Shown: piece after piece, positions 63,601 through 64,000 of the stretch
How positions within the stretch are numbered: the first letter of the stretch is position 1
How the letters are laid out: the number at the start of each line of letters is the position of its first letter
DNA from: Candidatus Buchananbacteria bacterium
Lineage (GTDB): Bacteria > Patescibacteriota > Patescibacteriia > 2-01-FULL-39-33
NCBI GenBank assembly: GCA_903888345.1
Contig: CAISTG010000007.1
Span: 1,075 to 65,074 of the forward strand
Length of the DNA stretch: 64,000 nt
Reading direction: 5' to 3'
Notes under the pieces: generated by a model
Told to the model about the DNA's origin: nothing
The model's input: only the letters and a program-made list of their open reading frames with translations
Database searches by the model: none
Position numbers and translations under genes: made by a program

Positions 63601-64000
63601 TTCGTTGCCGCAAGCTCCACAGTAATTTTCAACGCTACTACAGCTCGTACCATTACCAACGGCTCAACCACTTCACCTTTTTATAATCTTACTATCAATG
63701 GGGCAGGAGGCACATTTACTTTAACTGACAATGCCAGTGTGGCCGGAAATTTAAATGTTGCTACGGGGACTCTAGCGGTTGGAGCGAATAACTTAGCCGT
63801 CACTGGCTCGTCAACGATTAATGGAACTCTGACTTTGAGTAATTCGGCCAACACTGGCTGGACAACAGGGGATTTGAATCTTGGTGCCAGCGGGACAATC
63901 ACTTCCAACGCCACGACTTATTATAATCAAGTGACGGTGAGTGGGACGCTTAGTCCGGATGTGAGTGGGACTTATACTGTGGCGGGGGTTTATGGTGGGA
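45610..64000 (+). CDS. Giant repetitive surface protein/adhesin, >=6130 aa, 3'-truncated by the window edge (absent from the ORF track)
   Basis: ATG at 45610 (MIEFKKKVLKH...) then a TM helix. No stop seen in the stretches translated, and the track lists no terminated ORF in this frame. DUF2341-like domain about 47407-47720 (WNYRK...NFPV...DIRF...WVKVP...IYVYYGN); LamG about 47770-48440; then T/G/N/S-rich beta-helix-like repeats. Confidence 0.9.
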   Translation, partial: MIEFKKKVLKHLQSERLRVLALQAKKFAQAKKAHAVFLIKLTVILVAFFSAAGILIPQYKIDESLVIKNPAIKQTTAIVAGGKPIKYSVLVRRTEISDGSYLLKLPKTANNIEVATATTKQIKTLLSAPEQITPLKQRELLAKQHPNLQSGLIINTYQALAVPLKSMVTDLSCRLTLRPRDAVVVNLAQEINLTSVRQTRLSNHLSPSLLAIFVSPELSWSRYLNELIGNFIKVAAAQTVEEIPTAASESPTIGSDPLQNLIDSLTAEPSDVVPPIKVPEVVAPIVASVSSTLPEVKVEPIDIDVATNGLPVVPTVVTSSHSGLEPESEPTSSTTQMEIPDQVRNDNSGLPESAPASSTEFVKIDFETPAPIITEQNTDSGKLVTISDPNENPETPMVDVLASTKIPPIYKVGQEAKIHIKWKNNGDQNMSFQAYDSDADGYLDYVEWTVPHLSEQVFEIIFISKAFQLDNDKNIIADIYSQTSAKDGNYASVADGQYVRATFDYELNSANDITIYAKASTTNNHGSIAVYPVYTDADGNQTEGPKLETVYDGNNPDFKNIDRDGKYRILLTNLDKPTDVFDLKISGDVDIDFIVDPVSWLTGWNYRKSLTVNHLYVGGGNGSAGGSEDETNFPVEISLTGLSNVNASGTDIRFTASDGVTPLAREIESYSTTTGTLVAWVKVPTVSYTVDTMIYVYYGNSSATEPAANSTYGAQNVWTNGFAGVWHLAGATNSSDLDSTSNNSTGTPLGATKPTQTTGQINGALSFNGSTSYVDIAEPGSSLNFSSTNNFSYSAWVKTTQSSTRSEIVGDFNNNPATNMEVATVANSSNIDGAFRVYLADGTSNIKDYRTNISIADGAWHKVGFSYASTSQVLTLFVDGVAQSNPQKVYDAALSGNLYNASTIKIGEDNRPVTFFFNGLIDELGISSVARSAGWIKTEYNNQNAPSSFYATGAEEALVTPASNFTWTNGSGDGKWSTAGNWQGGVVPGPSDTATFSGSATGNCSIDVDASVTGLNIASGYTGIVTMNANLAISGNLTVSAGTLAVGIYNLAVTGNSTVTNGTTTIGVSSSTGWTTTNLTIGAGGTASSTAPGTIYYNQVTVSGTLSPDVTGTYTVAGMSNGMPYYSKLINGTTWYLQYSPKNNALVFYLASALDPDNMGATSPNRWFMSFSGTPYSNSFAGAYSAGSGGATGIPTVANVTASGEYTRLNNSKITISGNFDQSSISSKFLSASSLITVNGNGSFTADGTVNGTQYNSVSLVLNGVNNLRYNNNAIVNNGFNNLIAGQGGSTTTIATDIGISNTLTIGSGSIAGSAYNFWLTGANPLSFDTSSRLAVGSILFRGTTQIIPTLINGYDSTIQVSQGGTTVTQTGNIVINGVNNIYLDNIARPAGIITWNTAGYNLSVGGNIKIGAGSDSALKKLDANGSGGRNSIITVGGNWLNYGTATGCSGTCVPSQFIAASSTVVFNATSTTRTITNGSTTSPFYNLTINGTSSTFTLTDNARVSGDLTVTNSTLAIGTNDLLVTGNSIITNGTTSIGASANTGWTTNNLTLGANGIASSTAGGTVYYNQVTVSGTLSPNAAGVYTVAGMYNGAPYYTNGTYYIWWRTTGNWRLSDGLGVISGVCWYLYTSSNINIITGSFAVYNANETGEATVSNVTASGEYTRLDNSKITVNGIFDQSNTNSKFLAASSLITINGNGSFTADGTLNSLQYNGASVTLNGSSTLSYNNLANNFGNGFNNLTTGQSGGTTTLSSVGLTVKNQLSVGSGTFNGPGYVFLAGSAPLNFNVSSHLAISSLYFLTTYVTTTIPTLTNGYDCDIIAIGNPNVIIQTGDVTLNNSKFLGINGNNNDFPTTWKTDGYNLTVGGNIQIGTFNNNVNLQKLDATHNGARTSTITVGGNWLNYGTATINGRFVADNSTVILTSTSSSAKITSGSSTSPFYNLTINGAGGTYTLQDALAVAHNLTLTNGTLDTKLNSNYPVTIGSADPINGDFSQTTTAKFLARSSVITLNGNGNFTADGTIDGTQFNGVSLTLNGINTLTYNNLAAPFAYGFNNLTVGQGGSTTTLASHLAAINTLTIGSGTLSGTTRTLFVLGANPLNFDVSSRLAVGQLEFIGANQTIPALVNGYDSSIYLVHTSGTVTQTGNVIINSPNTLTIGLTSAQPERKDTWNTSGYNLTVGGNLQIGVGNDSGLKTLDATGAGGRTSTITISGNWLNYGNGTASSTFISANSTVIFNSTTTGKTITSGAINSAFYNVNFAGVGGAYTLQDNFSVLGDLNVVAGVLNAGTYNLAVTGNSTVSNATTTIGISAGTGWTTNNLTIGANGTASSTANGTIYYNQVIVSGTLNPDATGTYTVAGMYGGKPYYRRGSDSWYLSWRFNSVWDITPQSPEQGAVTAWRRTGDPLVGNYYPVGSIPPTGTATVANVTASGEYARLDNSKITIAGNFDQSNISSKFLAASSLITVNGNGNFSADGTLDSTQYNNSILVLNGTNTLAYVSLANTNANGFNKLVVGQNGNTTEAPGLQVAIQNLTVGSGTLHGSSAYFNLLGPNPLTFDTDNSSFNIYGLQFFGTNQTIPALTKGYNCHVFIPNSSSIVTQTGNVNILSPRSLFLGGYAGITGTGPSRSQSWKTDGYNLTVGGSIQIGNGSDTGLKTLNAFSGATSTRNSTITVGGNWLNYGNGSAPSQFIAGSSTVVMAGTSASGTIISGTTTSPFYNLTINGVGGTYTSQDKTSVSGTLTVTAGTLAIGTNDLAVTGASTINGALTLGNSSSTGWTTGDLNLGASGTITSNATTYYNQVTVSGTLSPDASGTYTVSGTANGYPRYVKGAMSIINTGTGLWRIYTDATNFYYYKISAEMAGAYTNFNGSTGVATVANVTASGIYYGVTSDVTISGNYTQTAGGYFNAGPSLITQNGNGNFTADGNNDNTKSAQFNNASLVLNGNNTLTYNNNSNYGYYGFNNLTVGQGGSTTTIASHFTVKNILTIGSGTLTGNYWVYLFGANPLSVDTANSAISIGFLAYNGTSQTIPALTKGYGCSIEVDSGNDVITQTGAVVLNGTGLLNVTSNPAGIATWKTDGYNLTVGGRIQIGVGSDTGLKKLDATGSGGRNSTITVGGNWLNYGNSADPANSSRFIAASSTVIFNKISGTQTLNAGANYSSSTFYNLTHSGAGILRIITNPITITNNFTNSAGTFDANGQVVNVGGNWNNTATYLHGTSTVNLIGSVAQAIMGTTTFYNLVKTVTTAATLTFEAAKTQVIAGTLTLQGAANQLLTLVSSVPGTAWFINPLGSVVMSFLNISDAINSSASPIVATFSKNLSNNPNITFSATTVTWTGASSTDWNTAGNWDTGYVPNTTDNVVISSASNQPILSTSTTVNNLTVNSGAILAIGTNNMTVTGNSIINGTTTIGISAGTGWTTNNLTIGAGGVASSTANGTIYYNQVTVSGTLSPDVADTYTVVGIKNGYPDYASNSQHNGYTYHIWRYTNGNYYITPDYLVFSSDPGHWVNTNGTAAGTYPANSPSVTGSAIVANVNASGEYTRMDNSKITIAGNFDQSNITSKFLAASSLITVNGNGTFIADGTVNSTQYNSASLVLNGNNTLTYGNLTANWANGFNSLTTGQGGATTTLASTATIRSLLTVGSGALTGNASLSLLSPNPLSFNVASILSINLLYFNGGSNQTIPTLVNGYSCNIYDYHNGQSMQQTGDVVLNAGKSLYVGNTATGWIDTWKTDGYNLTVGGNLTIGYGADTGLKKLDATNYSSPGNRTSTITIGGNWFNYGTATGCAGSCTPSSFIAASSTVIFNATSTTRTITSGSSTSAFYNLTINGTSSTFSLVDNLSVAGNLNVTAGTLAIGVNNLAVTGSSTINSTLTLGNSSSTGWTTGDLNLGASGTITSNATTYYNQVTVSGTLSPDTAGTYTVDDVGYPAGYNGQPVYKRNGLVGGVQFWNWLSYNGYRYTTGLLPGVATGNVWQKNPGSMIGTYTAAGTYTGTATVANVTASGIYYGATSDVTISGNYTQAAGGYFNAGPSLITVNGNGNFTADGTGTKQTQFNNASLVLNGVNTLAYNNLAAFSTNGFNNLTVGQGGSTTTLSNHISVRSGLTIGSGTLSGSSYVIYMAQFLGALSFDANSHLSISSLNFRGNISLPTLVNGYCSINVEENGTIITQTGSIIISSNLIMGQTAGYVSTWNTDGYNLSVGGNLQIGNGSDSGLKTLNANGSGGRTSTITVGGNWLNYGNGTAPSQFMAASSTVIFNKTSGTQTLNAGANYASSTFYNLTHSGSSTLQLLVNPLTITNNFTNSAGTFDANGFNINVGGGWNNTATYLHGTSTVTLFGLSQAIMGTTTFYNLVKTVTTAATLTFEAAKTQVIAGALTLQGVANQLLTLVSSIPGTSWFINPLGSVVLSYLNISDAINSSASPIIATFSKNLSNNSNITFSATTVTWTGASSTDWNNASNWDVGYVPNMTDNVVIASTTNQPVLSTSTSVNNITVNSGAILAIGTNNMIVTGNSIINGTTTIGISAGTGWTTTNLTIGAGGTASSTANGTIYYNQVTVSGTLSPDASGTYTVAGMYAGKPYYRRGTDNYYIYYNMTGSGFDYYRIGTTLGSTYPVWNFVVTESLFNLPSSSYFNNGTTGTATVANVTASGEYTRLDNSKITIAGNFDQSATSSKFLAASSLITQNGNGTFTADGTLNSTQYNGASLVLNGVNTLAYNHIYAGTSNGFNNLTVGQNTNTTTFVSDSNFAILNTLTVGTGTFYSVTNSHFYLYGAIPLSVDAASHISIAAPNKLYFYASNVTIPALTNNGYDCSIAIRGTNTTITQTGNVVINGSNTLTIGLAVAGSIDTWLTNGYNLTVGGNLQIGWGSDTGRKTLDATGSGGRNSTITVGGNWLNYGNSADPANSSRFISASSTVILTSTSSGATITSGSSTSAFYNLTINGTGGTYTLQDNASVAGALNVTAGTLAIGVNNLAVTGISTINSALTLGNSSSTGWTTGDLNLGATGIITSNATTYYNQVTVSGTLSPDVTGIYTVAGVYGGKPYYRRGTDNYYIYYNSGSNYWDISISVNDGTRRWTQVSGIFAANYEPINSASGTATVANVTASGLYYGATSDVTISGNYTQTAGGYFNAGPSLITQNGNGNFIADGNNDATKSAQFNNASLVLNGMNTLTYGHNFSVVGDGFNNLTTGQNANTTTLASSFTVKNTLTVGTGTVTGSSILNLLGATPLNVVASSSIISVTTLNFYTGVTLTQTIPNITNGYNCNIQATGYGQTINQLGDIKINGSNYFYIGTFVDAGNSVAWLTNGYNLTVGGNVRIGLNNDSALKKLDATNYTNPTSTASSTIVVGGNWTNYGTGSAPSQFTAASSTVIFNKTSGTQTLAAGGNYASSTFFNLTHSGSSTLQLITNPLTVTNNFVNSAGTFDANGFNIYVGGNWNNTATYLHGTSTVTLFGLSQAIMGTTTFYNLVKTVTTAATLTFEATKTQVIAGALTLQGVANQLLTLVSSIPGTSWFINPLGSAVLNFLNITDAVNSSVGAIIATNSKNSSNNSNITFPAATVTWTGALSTDWNTAGNWDVGYVPNATDNVVIASTTNQPVLTTTTSANTLTINAGATLIVGTTSLAIAGTSTINGTLTIGTSAGAGWTTGDLILGASSTITSNATTYYNQVTVSGTLSPDVTGTYVVAGVYNGKPYWKHNSLNWWVWANPLGDYRITDGLGQQNTYRWNAAGGPITNYNPVNPTTGTATVANVTASGIYYGVTSKVTLSGNYTQTAGGYFNAGPSLITVNGNGNFTADGSGNSGAYSTQFNNASLVLNGVNTLTYNNISSYWGNGYHNLTVGQGGSTTTIASSFNIRNILTIGSGSLTGNKTLFLTGLNPLSFDVNSRLSITTLEFFAVGQTIPTLVNGYDCNMEISTTNASVTQTGNVTFNNAHYWDIGAGDNGNAGHTITWNTNGYDLTVGGTLSIGAGSDTGVKKLDATGSGGRNSTITVGGNWLNYGNGTASSTFVAASSTVIFNATTARTITNGSTTSPFYNLTINGAGGTFTLTDNASVAGNLNVATGTLAVGANNLAVTGSSTINGTLTLSNSANTGWTTGDLNLGASGTITSNATTYYNQVTVSGTLSPDVSGTYTVAGVYGG
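46568..46647. repeat. GTCATTCC palindromic element inside the giant ORF, read in-frame
   Basis: gtcattccgggcttgaaccggaatc...gagattccggatcaggtccggaatgac, translated SHSGLEPESEPTSSTTQMEIPDQVRND. Confidence 0.85.
48895..64000 (+). repeat. Intragenic modular repeats: 10 modules, with a higher-order period of about 3.3 kb
   Basis: YYNQV[TI]VSGTL[SN]P starts at about 48895, 50311, 52615, 53989, 55912, 57298, 59239, 60628, 62575 and 63919. Confidence 0.9.

Noticed and set aside
46320-63914. Many recurring short minus-strand ORFs (e.g. MALEVIVPLAPRFKSPVVQPV)
   Set aside because: Antisense shadows of the repetitive plus-strand giant ORF.
48895-64000. Diversity-generating retroelement target/template pairs
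   Set aside because: No reverse transcriptase in the window. Variable segments differ by indels and at all bases, not only at adenines, and no near-identical non-coding template repeat was seen.
1-64000. tRNA/rRNA genes, introns/inteins, alternative genetic code
   Set aside because: No cloverleaf or rRNA-like tract recognised by eye (not scanned with tools). NrdD, FtsZ and EF-G have no intein-sized insertions. RF2 with a TGA-dependent frameshift argues for code 11.

Overview
Bacterial chromosomal segment, standard genetic code (RF2 present, TGA used as stop). Gene content suggests Patescibacteria/CPR, Parcubacteria-like: TrmB regulator, VirB2/TrbC-like pilin fusions, split ComEC and mostly SD-less AT-rich leaders. 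This is an inference from gene style, not a search result. Housekeeping genes: lepB, hisS, rpsU, yqeY, ybeY, ftsA, ftsZ, nrdD/nrdG, prfB (programmed +1 frameshift), ndk, rpmB, rpsL, rpsG, fusA. About 55% of the window encodes giant surface proteins. One cluster has two pilin-headed proteins (1074 and 4083 aa) plus two Ca-binding membrane-anchored partners. The other is an ORF missing from the supplied track that starts at 45610 and is still open at the window end (>=6130 aa); it carries at least 10 hypervariable aromatic-rich plug-in domains on a repeated beta-helix-like scaffold. Other notable points: the NrdD glycyl-radical domain is a separate 56-aa gene; a duplicated two-gene cassette (A-B-A'-B') sits inside the str operon; a GTCATTCC palindromic repeat family has one copy read in-frame in the giant gene; FtsZ has two C-terminal-peptide-like motifs; and there is an orphan, degenerate PilM. 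All domain calls come from motif recognition by eye. No database searches were run.
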